Positions 28,141 to 39,243 of a DNA stretch of 64,000 bases are shown here, in pieces. The stretch lies in contig CAZUHV010000001.1 of NCBI GenBank assembly GCA_964620965.1, positions 149,839-213,838 of the forward strand, given 5' to 3'. This DNA comes from an uncultured Pseudomonadales bacterium. Its GTDB lineage: Bacteria; Patescibacteriota; Microgenomatia; UBA1400; PJMF01. The notes beneath the pieces are model-generated. The model was not told the DNA's origin. It searched no databases and saw only the letters and a list, made by a program, of their open reading frames with translations. The position numbers and the translations under genes were made by a program. Position 1 is the stretch's first letter; each line of letters begins with the position of its first letter.

Positions 28141-28801
28141 GCATATACAACTGTGTTCTTAGAAGATTTTTTGCTTTGTAAATTATAAGCGACTCAGCAT
28201 TTGCTCCAATTACATGAGGCAAATATTCTGCTTTCATATCTCTAATTTCGGTTACCTTGTAAGTATATTGAGCCGAATTTGAACCAGTAATCAAAACTGT
28301 ATCTCCAATTTTTACTGATTCTAAATCTGAAAGTATATTTTTAATGCTCACATCAGAGATAACAACAGGAGCTTGACCACCCAAATTTGCCGAACGCTCA
28401 TCATGAATTAATTCAGATAAACCTGCATTTTTTACCAAATCTTGGACAGAACCTGTTACAACTGGAGCTGACAAATCTATACTTGAAATTATTAGTTGAG
28501 ACGCACGAACTTGAGAACCTGTGATACCCACTAATTCTGGAAAAGCTTGAATCGCATCTGGTCTTTGTGTTACTAATACGCTCAGTCCCAACCCAATACC
28601 TAACCCAACCGCACTTATCACAAGTTTCTTTTTAGAAGCTAAAAAATCAAAAAAACCAAATACTGGAAAAGTAAGCTTAAGTAAAATTACAAAAAAACCC
28701 TTAATAATACTCGTTACTGTAATATTCTCTGGAAGGAACTCAAAAATGAGTTCTCCTTTAGCATTTTTTGATAAACGTATAATCTTTTGAGTATTTTGCA
28801 T
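28118..28801 (-). CDS. sortase-fold membrane protein lacking catalytic residues
   Basis: LESVKIGDTVLITG...YTYKVTEI and final LIAKP strand as in sortases, but no TLxTC Cys. Confidence 0.6.
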   Translation of the reverse strand: MQNTQKIIRLSKNAKGELIFEFLPENITVTSIIKGFFVILLKLTFPVFGFFDFLASKKKLVISAVGLGIGLGLSVLVTQRPDAIQAFPELVGITGSQVRASQLIISSIDLSAPVVTGSVQDLVKNAGLSELIHDERSANLGGQAPVVISDVSIKNILSDLESVKIGDTVLITGSNSAQYTYKVTEIRDMKAEYLPHVIGANAESLIIYKAKNLLRTQLYMLIAKPVL

Positions 28802-28896
28802 ACTTCTATTATTATATCAAATTATATCTAAAAGATACTTTATATCCAATTTCCTGCTGATTTTTTTGTGTAAAACTGTTAAGGTATCAGTAGCTT

Positions 28897-30087
28897 ATGA
28901 AACTGATTATCCCAACTAAAAAAATTATCACTACCTTTTTAGGTATAGTTTGTATAGTTTTCATTTTTTTCTTAGGCTTCTTTGCAAACTCATATATTTC
29001 AACAAATCAAACTGCTCAAGAACTCCTCAGCCCATTTGTAGATTCTGGGATCTTAATTAATAAACCACTCGAAACATTTAGTATTCCAAACCTCCAAAAA
29101 AGGGTTTATGAGGCAGATGAAATAGCTTTAGAAAAAATTCTCGTTGAAGAAGAAACATATACCTCATTTTTGTTTTCATATAAAACTGAAGGTAAAAAAA
29201 TGACTGGTCAAATTAACATACCAGATAACATTACTGCCAATCCAGAACAGAAGAAAAATGCAATCATTTTAATTAGAGGGTTTGTTCCACCAGAAATCTA
29301 TGAAACTGGAGTTGGCACAAAAAATGCTGCTGCTTCGTTTGCCACTGCAGGATATATCACTATTGCACCTGATTTTTTTGGCTTTGGAGAATCCGATCCT
29401 GAATCAGATGATTCTTGGCAGACTAGATTTGAAAAACCTATCAACATTATTGAACTTCTTAATTCTATAGAAAAAAATGGTATCCCATTAAATCTAGAAA
29501 ATGAAAGAACAAACAATACTTTCGATCTAGACACTATTAAAGTAGATACAATTGGAATGTGGGCGCATAGTAATGGAGGACAAATTGCACTTACTACTCT
29601 AGAAATTCTGAAAAAACCAATACCAACCTCTCTTTGGGCACCTGTGACAGTCCCTTTTCCATACTCTATTTTATACTTTTCTGATGAGCTGGAAGATGAA
29701 GGAAAATCTCAACGAAAATGGATTTCTTTGTTTGAAGAAACATATGATGTATTCGATTTTAGCCTCACTAAACACCTTGATAGTTTGACTGGACCAATTC
29801 AAATTCAGCATGGTGATGCTGACGACGCAGCTCTTATTTATTGGAGCGAGGAGTTTGTTGAAAAAGTAAAAGAAGAAAATGAAAAAAGAGCGATAGCTTT
29901 ACAAGAAGAGGTAAAAGAGAATAGCGCAACAGCTAGTACAAACGCTTCAGAGCAAAAAGATGCTATTTTAGAACCAGTTGAGATCAACCTTATTACATAT
30001 CCAAACACAAACCACAACATGGTCCCAAGCTGGAACATCGCAATACAAAAAGATTTACAATTTTTTAACAAATGGCTTAGAAAGTAA
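28897..30087 (+). CDS. membrane-anchored alpha/beta hydrolase (peptidase S9-like)
   Basis: APDFFGFGES, nucleophile elbow WAHSNGG, HGDADD, NHN. Confidence 0.85.
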   Translation: MKLIIPTKKIITTFLGIVCIVFIFFLGFFANSYISTNQTAQELLSPFVDSGILINKPLETFSIPNLQKRVYEADEIALEKILVEEETYTSFLFSYKTEGKKMTGQINIPDNITANPEQKKNAIILIRGFVPPEIYETGVGTKNAAASFATAGYITIAPDFFGFGESDPESDDSWQTRFEKPINIIELLNSIEKNGIPLNLENERTNNTFDLDTIKVDTIGMWAHSNGGQIALTTLEILKKPIPTSLWAPVTVPFPYSILYFSDELEDEGKSQRKWISLFEETYDVFDFSLTKHLDSLTGPIQIQHGDADDAALIYWSEEFVEKVKEENEKRAIALQEEVKENSATASTNASEQKDAILEPVEINLITYPNTNHNMVPSWNIAIQKDLQFFNKWLRK

Positions 30088-30091
30088 GCTG

Positions 30092-31189
30092 CTATTTTGT
30101 TTTACTCTCAATGAGAGTCCCCGAACTATAACTTTGTACTTTTCCAACCTTCTTTTCCATAACCCTTACTCTAGTACCTGTGAGTTCTTCATAATCCTTT
30201 TGTAAAGTGTCTAAAGATCTTCCATATTTTTCAAAACTACCTTTAAACTTATCCCACTCAACTACAAAATCATCGATATATTTAACAACCTCTTTAAGCT
30301 TATCTCCAATCATAAAGTTTCTATAACTTTCCATAACCGTTCTTGCAACAATTAAAAATGTAAATGGAGAAACCAACAAAACTCTCTTGCCAATTGCCAT
30401 ATCAACAATTCCTGGCATATTTTGGTTGATAAACGAAAATACTGCCTCGTTTGGAACAAACATGATTGCATAATCCATTGTGTCTTGCTCGGCATCAATG
30501 TATTCTGCAACTTTAAGAATCTTGTTTTTCAAATCTTGTTCAAATTGCTTAAGATGTATCTGTTGTTGAGTTTTTGATTCAGCTAAGCTCATTTTTTGCA
30601 TTTCAGAGTATGGAAACTTTACATCAACTGGGACAACTCTTTTATTTGGCAATAACAGTGTGATATCTGGCCTCAAGGTTGTTGACCCGAGTTTTTTTTG
30701 TTTTTCAAAATGAACACCTTCAACCAAACCATTTGAAAGCATTAAATCTTCTATTATCCTCTCTCCCCATTCACCACGTTTTTGATTGTTCGAAAGAACT
30801 TGAGACAACGTATCAGTTGAGTGTTTTAAATCGTCAGTTAATTTTTGATGTTGTTTTAAAGATTCAACAATTGCCGTAAATTCCCTAGTTCTATCTGTTT
30901 CTGCCTTTCTGATCTCTTTTTGATGCACAACCATCTCTTCTTTTAGTTGAGACACCAACTTTTCAATAATCATTTGTTTATTTTTCAAATCAATATGAAT
31001 CGCCTCTTTATCAGAGCGCAAAATTTCTCTAGATTGTTGTGCCACTTTTTGTACACTCATTCCAAAAACTTTATCTACAATATCTGCAATTTGGGCATCC
31101 TGCTTCGAAACAAAAATTGATTTTAGTGCGAAATATAACGCTACAAAGCCACCAATTAGTAATAAAACTATAAAAACTTGAAATAACAT
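30092..31189 (-). CDS. rmuC: DNA recombination protein RmuC
   Basis: RGEWGE, RPD...PVDVKFP, DYAIMFVPNE; start moved to the ATG at 31189. Confidence 0.92.
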   Translation of the reverse strand: MLFQVFIVLLLIGGFVALYFALKSIFVSKQDAQIADIVDKVFGMSVQKVAQQSREILRSDKEAIHIDLKNKQMIIEKLVSQLKEEMVVHQKEIRKAETDRTREFTAIVESLKQHQKLTDDLKHSTDTLSQVLSNNQKRGEWGERIIEDLMLSNGLVEGVHFEKQKKLGSTTLRPDITLLLPNKRVVPVDVKFPYSEMQKMSLAESKTQQQIHLKQFEQDLKNKILKVAEYIDAEQDTMDYAIMFVPNEAVFSFINQNMPGIVDMAIGKRVLLVSPFTFLIVARTVMESYRNFMIGDKLKEVVKYIDDFVVEWDKFKGSFEKYGRSLDTLQKDYEELTGTRVRVMEKKVGKVQSYSSGTLIESKTK

Positions 31190-31206
31190 ATGCACAAGTA
31201 TAGCAT

Positions 31207-32868
31207 TTATCGCTTACTAATATCTTCCAGTGCTTTGTTTACATACTTGAAGAAATTTTGTTCACCAATAATATTAAACAAATCTAACTTTCTCACAAAT
31301 TCAAAGACTTGTGGCTGTAAATTCGCGATAACTAATGTTATGCCTTTTTCTTTTAGAGTTGCACGTAAGTGTTCAAGCATTTTAACTGCAGTTGCATCAA
31401 TAAAGTTAACACTTCTACACATTATCAAAACATACTCAATATTTTTTCTTTTATTTACCGAAAGTAAAATTTTATCTGATACATCTTCTGCATTTGTAAA
31501 AATTAAACTTCTATCAATTGAAACAGCTAAAACCGTATTATTTGTTTTAAAATCCTGAAACTCAATCTCATGTTCAGAAGCGTATTGAGTATCATTCGCT
31601 TTAAAAACTAGAATCGAGGAGTACGATGATCTATGAATATACACAAAACCAGATGCAATAATGCCAATTATGACTCCCAATTCAAGATTTGGAGAAAACA
31701 ATAGGGTTGCAATAAGAGTAATCACGGCAACTAATCCATCATACTTATAGTTATCAAAAAGCTCTTTGAACTGTTTGTAACTAATAATTTGTAGTACAGA
31801 GACTAGGATAATTGCAGCTAAAACAGTTTGTGGAATATTTTTTAAAACACCAGTGAAAAACACCAAGACTATCCCAACAAATAAACCAGAAATAATAGAG
31901 GCAAGCTTTGTTTTCGCCCCCATTGAATAATTGAGTGCTGTTCTACTTAAAGATGCTCCAACAGCACTGCTTCCCAACAAACCAGCAGATATATTTGCCA
32001 ATCCCTGACCAATTAATTCTTTGTTCCCCATAACCCCTTCTTTAGTTTTAAGAGCCATAGTTTTTGCCACAGAAATTCCATTCATATATGCAACTAGGGC
32101 AACAATAATTGCCGGTTGGATTAGTATCTTGATAGCCTCAAAAGAAAAAACGGGAATTTGTAAACTTGGCAATCCAGTTGGTAGCTCCCCCACAACTGGA
32201 CCAGAGTATCCAAAAAAAGAAGTATATAAAGAGGCAAAAATAATTACTAATAATGGTAGTGGAAGTTTTTTACTTTTTTTCCTTCCCAAAACTAAAATAA
32301 ACAAAGACAAAATTCCTACTACTAGTGATTCATAATTTATTCCCAAATTTTCTTGAAAAAAATAAATTATCGAAAATACTTCATGCTTCCCTTGTATTAC
32401 AGGTATATCAGCAATCTTTACTACCTGAGAGAAAATAATTAAAATTGCTGCCGCATTAACAAAACCCAAAATTACAGAGTTAGAAACAAAGTGGACAATA
32501 TTACCTAGCTTCAACACTCCAAATAAAAGTTGTATTAGTCCAACAAAAATTGCAAGCAACGCTGAATAAGCAATAAATTCCTGGCTATTGGCAGGGGCAA
32601 GTTTACTTACGGCACTCAAGCTTAATAAGGAAATAACAACTGCAGGCCCAGTCGAAAGTAGCTTAGAGGAACCAAATAGAGAAGCGATGATTAAAGGAAT
32701 AAAGCTCGCATATAATCCAAAATATGCTGGCATTCCAGCCATTTGAGAGTATGCTAATGCTTGTGGAACAAGAACTACTCCTACCAAAATACCAGCTACT
32801 AAATCCTCTTTCCAGGTACGCTTTATTTGAGAAAAATCGCTGAAAAATGAGAGAGTTTTTTCCTTCAT
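31207..32868 (-). CDS. SulP/SLC26 anion transporter with STAS domain
   Basis: DLVAG, PQALAYS, FGSS..LSTGP, NKELIGQG, STAS motif VNFIDATA. Confidence 0.93.
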   Translation of the reverse strand: MKEKTLSFFSDFSQIKRTWKEDLVAGILVGVVLVPQALAYSQMAGMPAYFGLYASFIPLIIASLFGSSKLLSTGPAVVISLLSLSAVSKLAPANSQEFIAYSALLAIFVGLIQLLFGVLKLGNIVHFVSNSVILGFVNAAAILIIFSQVVKIADIPVIQGKHEVFSIIYFFQENLGINYESLVVGILSLFILVLGRKKSKKLPLPLLVIIFASLYTSFFGYSGPVVGELPTGLPSLQIPVFSFEAIKILIQPAIIVALVAYMNGISVAKTMALKTKEGVMGNKELIGQGLANISAGLLGSSAVGASLSRTALNYSMGAKTKLASIISGLFVGIVLVFFTGVLKNIPQTVLAAIILVSVLQIISYKQFKELFDNYKYDGLVAVITLIATLLFSPNLELGVIIGIIASGFVYIHRSSYSSILVFKANDTQYASEHEIEFQDFKTNNTVLAVSIDRSLIFTNAEDVSDKILLSVNKRKNIEYVLIMCRSVNFIDATAVKMLEHLRATLKEKGITLVIANLQPQVFEFVRKLDLFNIIGEQNFFKYVNKALEDISKR

Positions 32869-32913
32869 TTACAGTAAATATAGTAGCATACAAAATGTGA
32901 TAAGCTAGTAGTA

Positions 32914-33321
32914 ATGAGCTCACGTTCCAGACTACAAAACCAAAAAAAGAGTACTTCTTTGTATATCAAACATATTCCTCTTTTATGTATTGCCATAGTA
33001 TGTTTAATTTGGATTCTCAAAGTAGTAACAACAAGAAACCCAGAAGAAGTTGCCAATTGGGGAATTACTCAACTCTACTTACCACTTATTAGCCCTTTTT
33101 TCTTGTTCACAACATTTCTATTTGGGTATCTCACTTTAAATATGAGACGTGGAGGTGTAATTGGGATTTTTTCTACTCTTTTGCTACTTTTTCGGCTACA
33201 ACAAATTGAGTTTTCTCTGAATTGGCTCATTCCATTTTTTGTGATTTTTATAGTTTTTTTGATTTCTTCGAAAAAAGATGAATCTGAAAAAACTCAAAGT
33301 AAAGAAAAAGAAGCTTCCTAG
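32914..33321 (+). CDS. small membrane protein
   Basis: 4 hydrophobic segments. Confidence 0.7.
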   Translation: MSSRSRLQNQKKSTSLYIKHIPLLCIAIVCLIWILKVVTTRNPEEVANWGITQLYLPLISPFFLFTTFLFGYLTLNMRRGGVIGIFSTLLLLFRLQQIEFSLNWLIPFFVIFIVFLISSKKDESEKTQSKEKEAS

Positions 33322-33358
33322 TTTGCGATCCTTCCCAGATATACTATAATAACCAGAG

Positions 33359-34783
33359 ATGAAAAATACTTTTTATGTTACAACAACACTTCCCTATGTG
33401 AATGCAGAGCCACATATTGGATTTGCCCTAGAAATTATTGCAGCTGATGTTATCGCACGTTATCAGATGTTAATAGGTAAAGAAGTAGTTTTTAACACTG
33501 GTACAGATGAACATGGTCAAAAGATTTTTCAAAAAGCACAGGAAAATAACCAAGATCCCCAAACCTATGTAGATATATGGGCAGAAAAATTTGCTGATTT
33601 AAAAGAACTATTAGGCATCAACTATACTCATTTTATTAGAACAACAGATGAACATCATAAAAAAGCAGCCCAAGAATTTTGGAAACGCTGCGCAAAAAAT
33701 GGAGATATCTACAAAAAGCTCTACAAAACTAATTATTGTGTTGGCTGTGAAATGGAAAAACAAACAAGCGAATTAGTTGATAACCGTTGCCCATTACACC
33801 CAAATACAGAATTGGAGATCCGTGAAGAAGAAAACTATTTCTTCAAATTCTCTCGCTACCAACAAGATTTACTGAACCTCTATGAAACAAACAAAGAATT
33901 TGTTAAACCGGAAAGCAAACTGAAAGAAATCACTGCTTTTGTTGCAGGAGGACTACAAGACTTTAGCATTTCCCGTTTAAAAGAAAAGATGTCTTGGGGA
34001 GTCCCCGTTCCAGGAGATGAAAATCATGTGATGTATGTTTGGTTTGATGCGCTCGTTAACTATATCTCAACATTAGGTTGGCCAGAGAATGAAGAAAATT
34101 TTCAAAATTACTGGCCAGGTATTCAGCTTGCTGGGAAAGATAACTTGCGCCAACAATCTGCTATGTGGCAAGCAATGCTCATGTCTGCAGGCTTACCAAA
34201 TAGTTCTCAAATTTTAATTAACGGTTTCATTGGAGTTGATGGACAAAAAATGAGTAAGTCACTCGGCAATGTTATCTCTCCAAAAGAAATGGTCGAAAGA
34301 TATGGAACAGAAGGCACAAGATTTTTACTTATGAATTTAGGACCTTTTGGCACCGACATGGACGTCACATGGAATAAATTTGATATTACCTATACTGCAT
34401 TTTTATCAAATGGTTTAGGAAACTTATGTTCACGTGTGGCAAAAATGTGTGAAAAAAATGGAGGAAGTTTTAATACGAATACTCAAAAAACTGAACTTGG
34501 TGTTGAGTATCAAAAATTCATGTCCAACTTTGATCTAAAAGAATCATTAGAAAATACATTGAATCTCATAACCATAATGGACCAAACACTCAGTGAATCT
34601 AAACCATGGACCAAAGAAGGGACAGAACAGCAAGAGATTTTACAATTAGCTGTTGCAAATATTTTACTCATCTCAAAACAACTTGCTCCTTTCATGCCAG
34701 AAACTGCACAAACTATTCAAAGTCATTTTAGTCAAGAAAAGATCTCAGCTCTATCTCCACTTTTTCCTAGATTAGAAAAGTAA
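33359..34783 (+). CDS. metG: methionine--tRNA ligase (short form)
   Basis: PYVNAEPHIG, GTDEHG, YVWFDAL, KMSKS. Confidence 0.97.
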   Translation: MKNTFYVTTTLPYVNAEPHIGFALEIIAADVIARYQMLIGKEVVFNTGTDEHGQKIFQKAQENNQDPQTYVDIWAEKFADLKELLGINYTHFIRTTDEHHKKAAQEFWKRCAKNGDIYKKLYKTNYCVGCEMEKQTSELVDNRCPLHPNTELEIREEENYFFKFSRYQQDLLNLYETNKEFVKPESKLKEITAFVAGGLQDFSISRLKEKMSWGVPVPGDENHVMYVWFDALVNYISTLGWPENEENFQNYWPGIQLAGKDNLRQQSAMWQAMLMSAGLPNSSQILINGFIGVDGQKMSKSLGNVISPKEMVERYGTEGTRFLLMNLGPFGTDMDVTWNKFDITYTAFLSNGLGNLCSRVAKMCEKNGGSFNTNTQKTELGVEYQKFMSNFDLKESLENTLNLITIMDQTLSESKPWTKEGTEQQEILQLAVANILLISKQLAPFMPETAQTIQSHFSQEKISALSPLFPRLEK

Positions 34784-34797
34784 AGAAACTCAAAAAA

Positions 34798-35709
34798 ATG
34801 ATTATTGATACCCACTGCCATTACAATGTTGAGCCACTGCTTTCTAACATAGAAAATCATTGGCAAAACTCACTTAAGCACAATGTTGTTGGAGGAATTT
34901 GTATTGGTACCGATCTTGAAAATAGTAAGATTGCATTAGAAATTTCACAAAAATTTTCGGCGATGTTTGCATCTATTGCGATTCACCCAGAAGAACATAC
35001 AGAAAAAATCAAACCATTTTTAAATGATGCGCAACCAAATCTTGAACAAATTTCTGCCATTACTAGCCAGGAGCTTGAAAAGTTTGAGCAATTGTTAGAA
35101 AAGGTCAGTACAAATCAAAAAATACCAAAACTTGTTGCAATTGGAGAAATTGGGTTAGATTATTATCGACTCAAATCAAAAGGATTAAAAAGAGAAATTA
35201 TAGAAACTGAACAAAAAAAACTCTTTGCAAGACAGCTAGAACTTGCGTTCGAACACAACTTAGCTGTAATTCTGCATGTGCGAGACCAGATTGATAGAAC
35301 AGAAGATAACGCCTACTATGATACCTATCAAATAGTTTCAGAACTTGTTTCCAAATACACAGCAGAAAATAAAATGGTCCCTACAATAATTTTACACTGT
35401 GCCTCTGGACCAAAAGAGTATATAAAAAATTTCATTGAACTTGGTGCGTATGTTGGTTTTGCTGGAAACATCACCTATGAGAATGCTACAGAACTGCGAG
35501 AAATTTTTGAAATTACCCCTACTAATAGAGTCCTGCTCGAAACTGATGCTCCATATTTGGCCCCTAATGAAAAAAAAGGCGAAATCTGTGAACCACACTA
35601 CATTACTCAAACTGCTCAATTTTTACAAAATACATACCAACTAGATCTTGATATAATACTTTCAAATACACTCAGTGTGTTCCCACAATTTCAAAAAGTA
35701 GTAGAATAA
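34798..35709 (+). CDS. tatD: TatD family DNase
   Basis: IDTHCH, GEIGLDY, LHVR, LHC, LLETDAPYL; adjacent to metG. Confidence 0.93.
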   Translation: MIIDTHCHYNVEPLLSNIENHWQNSLKHNVVGGICIGTDLENSKIALEISQKFSAMFASIAIHPEEHTEKIKPFLNDAQPNLEQISAITSQELEKFEQLLEKVSTNQKIPKLVAIGEIGLDYYRLKSKGLKREIIETEQKKLFARQLELAFEHNLAVILHVRDQIDRTEDNAYYDTYQIVSELVSKYTAENKMVPTIILHCASGPKEYIKNFIELGAYVGFAGNITYENATELREIFEITPTNRVLLETDAPYLAPNEKKGEICEPHYITQTAQFLQNTYQLDLDIILSNTLSVFPQFQKVVE

Positions 35710-35714
35710 ATACA

Positions 35715-37220
35715 ATGGGTAATCAAATCAGAACATACGTTAGAAGACATCCTGTAAGAACACAGCGTGCACTAGAAATACTTCCTGGATTTTTTTCTTG
35801 GGGGCTTATTCTGTTTCCTATCTGGGGATCTCTCATTATCCCAGAAATTGTTGCCTACTACATTATTGCCTTTACAATTTACTGGTTATATAAGTCTTTA
35901 TTGCTTTCAGTTCTAGCAGTAGTTTCACACTTTAAAATAAAAGCTGCAAGTAAGTTTGATTGGATTGCAGATCTTAAAACCAGTTTTCCAGACAAATGGA
36001 ACTCTATTCACCATATAATTGTAATTCCAACATATAAAGAACCACTCTCTACCCTACAAAGAACAGTCTCCGCATTAAAAAAACAAGCATATCCTAAGAA
36101 GAACCTACATATTATGGTTTCCTTTGAAGATCGTGAAGGCAAAGATGCACGAGATAAATCAGCAGAGCTCAAAAAAGAATTCTCCGAAGTCTTTGGAAGT
36201 TTCTGGACTACCTATCATCCAGATATTCCTGGAGAAGTAAAAGGGAAATCTTCAAACACTTGTTGGGGTGCAAAAGAAGCAAAAAAATTCCTAGTAGATG
36301 AAAAAAATGTCCCTATAGAAACAATCACTATTACTAGTGAAGATGCAGACGCAATTTTTCATGAAAACTACTTTGCAGCAGTTACATACGACTTTTTGAG
36401 TGTAAAAAAACCATTTAATAAAATTTGGCAAGGAGCCGTTGTCTTCTACAACAATATTTGGAAAGTACCACCTCCTGTTCGAGTTTTGTCTGCAATGTTT
36501 TCTGTGATCCAGATGCATATTCTGATGAGGTCTGATCGCCTTATCAATTTTTCAACTTATACAACTTCATTAAAACACGTTCATGACATTGGTTACTGGG
36601 ACACAGATGTTATCCCAGAAGACTATCGCCTTTTCTTTAAATCTTACTTTGCAAAAAAAGGAGATTTCGAAGCACGTCCAATCTTTCTGCCAGTACTTTC
36701 TGATGCAGCAGAATCTCATTCCGCGTGGTCAACATATAGTAACCTCTACCAACAACTAACAAGATGGGCATGGGGTGTGAGTGATGACGCCTACATTATC
36801 AAACAATACATTCTGTCCACCGAAATTCCTTTTTGGGATAAAACTATTAGAGTTTCAAAAACAATACAAGACCACTTTTTATGGCCAGTTAACTGGTTTG
36901 CTGTAACCATTTCTGCATTCTTTCCTCCTCTCTTAAATCCAGAATTTAATAGAACTGTTATCGGTAAAACATTGCCACAGGTCACTTCAACACTACTAAC
37001 CCTTTCACTCGTTTCGATGTTCGTCGTTTTCGTGATAGATGCCCTCAACAGACCAGCTCGACCTAACAAAAGGAACCCACTCTCATACATTATGCAACCC
37101 CTTGAATTCTTGTTACTGCCAATAATTGGCTTCTTTTTCTCTGCACTACCTGGTATTGATGCTCATACTCGATTAATGCTTGGAAAATACATTGAGTATA
37201 AAGTCACCGAAAAAGTGTAG
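35715..37220 (+). CDS. membrane GT2 glycosyltransferase (processive type)
   Basis: IPTYKE, DAD, PED and QLTRWAWG (QxxRW) motifs. Confidence 0.9.
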   Translation: MGNQIRTYVRRHPVRTQRALEILPGFFSWGLILFPIWGSLIIPEIVAYYIIAFTIYWLYKSLLLSVLAVVSHFKIKAASKFDWIADLKTSFPDKWNSIHHIIVIPTYKEPLSTLQRTVSALKKQAYPKKNLHIMVSFEDREGKDARDKSAELKKEFSEVFGSFWTTYHPDIPGEVKGKSSNTCWGAKEAKKFLVDEKNVPIETITITSEDADAIFHENYFAAVTYDFLSVKKPFNKIWQGAVVFYNNIWKVPPPVRVLSAMFSVIQMHILMRSDRLINFSTYTTSLKHVHDIGYWDTDVIPEDYRLFFKSYFAKKGDFEARPIFLPVLSDAAESHSAWSTYSNLYQQLTRWAWGVSDDAYIIKQYILSTEIPFWDKTIRVSKTIQDHFLWPVNWFAVTISAFFPPLLNPEFNRTVIGKTLPQVTSTLLTLSLVSMFVVFVIDALNRPARPNKRNPLSYIMQPLEFLLLPIIGFFFSALPGIDAHTRLMLGKYIEYKVTEKV

Positions 37221-37276
37221 TCTGCCCTCAAGAAAAAACTAGTGCAAAGCTGAAAAAAAGCAGGTATACTTACATT

Positions 37277-38890
37277 GTGAAAAGAACAACTGAATTTATT
37301 AAACGTATAATTAAAATAGATACACTTCTTGACAAACAGACTCCTATTTTTTTGCTTCTGGTATTAGTACTAGCATTAAGAATCCCCAACTTATTTGAGC
37401 CCTATTGGTATGGAGACGAAGGTATCTACCTGACACTTGGACAATCAATGAATAAAGGAGCAAAACTCTATACAGAAATTATAGATCACAAAACTCCTTT
37501 AATTTACTATCTTGCAAGAGTGCAAACACAACTCAATTTTAGACTACTCAATATCGCTTGGATGCTCGTTACTACCACTGTATTCTATTATTTTTCAAAA
37601 AAACTACTTAAATCTACAAAACTAAGTACCATAGCTAGTTTTATATTTGTTATTTTAACCACATTACCCTGGCTTGAAGGTCACATTCCTAATGGAGAAC
37701 TCTTTGTTCTAGGCTTTGTTCTCTCTGGATTTTTACTCATCTCAAAAACAAGTTACTTCAAAAAATTCCTGGAATTAAAAACACAAAACAATATTAATTT
37801 TATTACACTATTTTTTGGCGGATTTTTGATTGGGCTTGGTATTTTAACTAAGGTCCCTGCAATTTTAGATTTTGGAGCTATTCTTAGTATCGCCTATTTT
37901 AGTTTTGTTAATTCATTCTCACTCAAAAAATGGAAAGAAAATTTTAAACTACTACTCTCACTTATCTGCAATGTTTTTGCTATTTTTGCAGGAGTCATTA
38001 CCCCAATCATCGCATCAATCGTGTATTTCATAAGTATTGGATCGGGAAAAGATTACTTAGACTTTGGCTTACTCTATAACTTTAGATACGCAGGTAGTTG
38101 GGGACTTCCCTTTGATAATCAATTTCTGATACAAAGCTTTACTTTGCAAGGAAAGGTTGTGTACTTAGTAGCACTTGTTTTACTACTAACTCTTTTGAAA
38201 AAATTTATCAAACCTGCTCTACAATTTGTGCTTCTTTGGTTTTCTGCAGACTTATTCGCCTCTTTGCTTTCAAACAGACCATACCCACATTATTTCATTC
38301 AACTAGTTCCACCTTTAGCCCTTCTAGTTACCTACATCATTCACTATATATATACTTCTCTGCGAGTAGGAAGAGTGAAATTTGATTTACATAAAATTGT
38401 TCCCCTTTCTCTTTCGGTGATTGTCATTAGCCTATTTATCAGTGTTATGCTATTACTTGAGTTTAGACCATACCAAACAAAATCTTACTATGTTAACTGG
38501 CTCAAATTGGTTACAGGTCAAATGAGTACAGAAGATTACAGGCAATCTTTTGACTCTCTGATGAACGATAACTACAAGGCAGCCCCTATCATTAAGGCTG
38601 CAGGTTCTCCTAACTTATTTATTTGGGGAACAAATCCAATGCTTTATGCATTAACCGAAACTCAACCAACCGGAAGATTCACAGTTTCATTTCATATAAA
38701 AGATTTTGATGCTTTTGGAGAAACTGCAAGAGATGTTGTAAAAAAACAACCTCCATTCATTGTCGTCATGAAAAACGAAGATCACACATTCCCTGAATTA
38801 AATGATCTTCTCATTTATAATTACGTTCCAGATAATAATAAATTTGATCATTTTGTATTATGGAAAAGAATCAATGCAAACAGTAATTAG
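37277..38890 (+). CDS. GT-C (ArnT/GT39-like) glycosyltransferase
   Basis: YGDEGIY...DHKTP N-terminal loop, many TMs, YPHYFIQ. Confidence 0.8.
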   Translation: MKRTTEFIKRIIKIDTLLDKQTPIFLLLVLVLALRIPNLFEPYWYGDEGIYLTLGQSMNKGAKLYTEIIDHKTPLIYYLARVQTQLNFRLLNIAWMLVTTTVFYYFSKKLLKSTKLSTIASFIFVILTTLPWLEGHIPNGELFVLGFVLSGFLLISKTSYFKKFLELKTQNNINFITLFFGGFLIGLGILTKVPAILDFGAILSIAYFSFVNSFSLKKWKENFKLLLSLICNVFAIFAGVITPIIASIVYFISIGSGKDYLDFGLLYNFRYAGSWGLPFDNQFLIQSFTLQGKVVYLVALVLLLTLLKKFIKPALQFVLLWFSADLFASLLSNRPYPHYFIQLVPPLALLVTYIIHYIYTSLRVGRVKFDLHKIVPLSLSVIVISLFISVMLLLEFRPYQTKSYYVNWLKLVTGQMSTEDYRQSFDSLMNDNYKAAPIIKAAGSPNLFIWGTNPMLYALTETQPTGRFTVSFHIKDFDAFGETARDVVKKQPPFIVVMKNEDHTFPELNDLLIYNYVPDNNKFDHFVLWKRINANSN

Positions 38891-39242
38891 TTCTCAAAAA
38901 GAACCAGAAAAAATTATTCCTCAGAATGTTAAAACACCATTTACAACCACATGGATTTTATTCTTATTTTTTTTAGTGACCACCATCATCTACTACTTCT
39001 TAAGCCAACCTGAACTCCCACTATTTTATTCATTGGCAACTAAACAAGATCAGTTAGCACCAAAAGTATTTCTCTTTTTGTTTCCAGCTATTTCTTTAAT
39101 AATTAATATTTTGCACTTCTTTATAGTGAAATTTTTACAACAATTTTCTTCAATTCTACTGAAACTATTTATAGGTACTACAATTGCGCTCCAAGTATTA
39201 GTTGGATTTGCGCTCATTAGGATTATAGTAATAACAATCTAA
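38873..39242 (+). CDS. small membrane protein (DUF1648-like)
   Basis: ELPLFYS motif and 3 TMs; likely start MQTV. Confidence 0.65.
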
Positions 39243-39243
39243 T

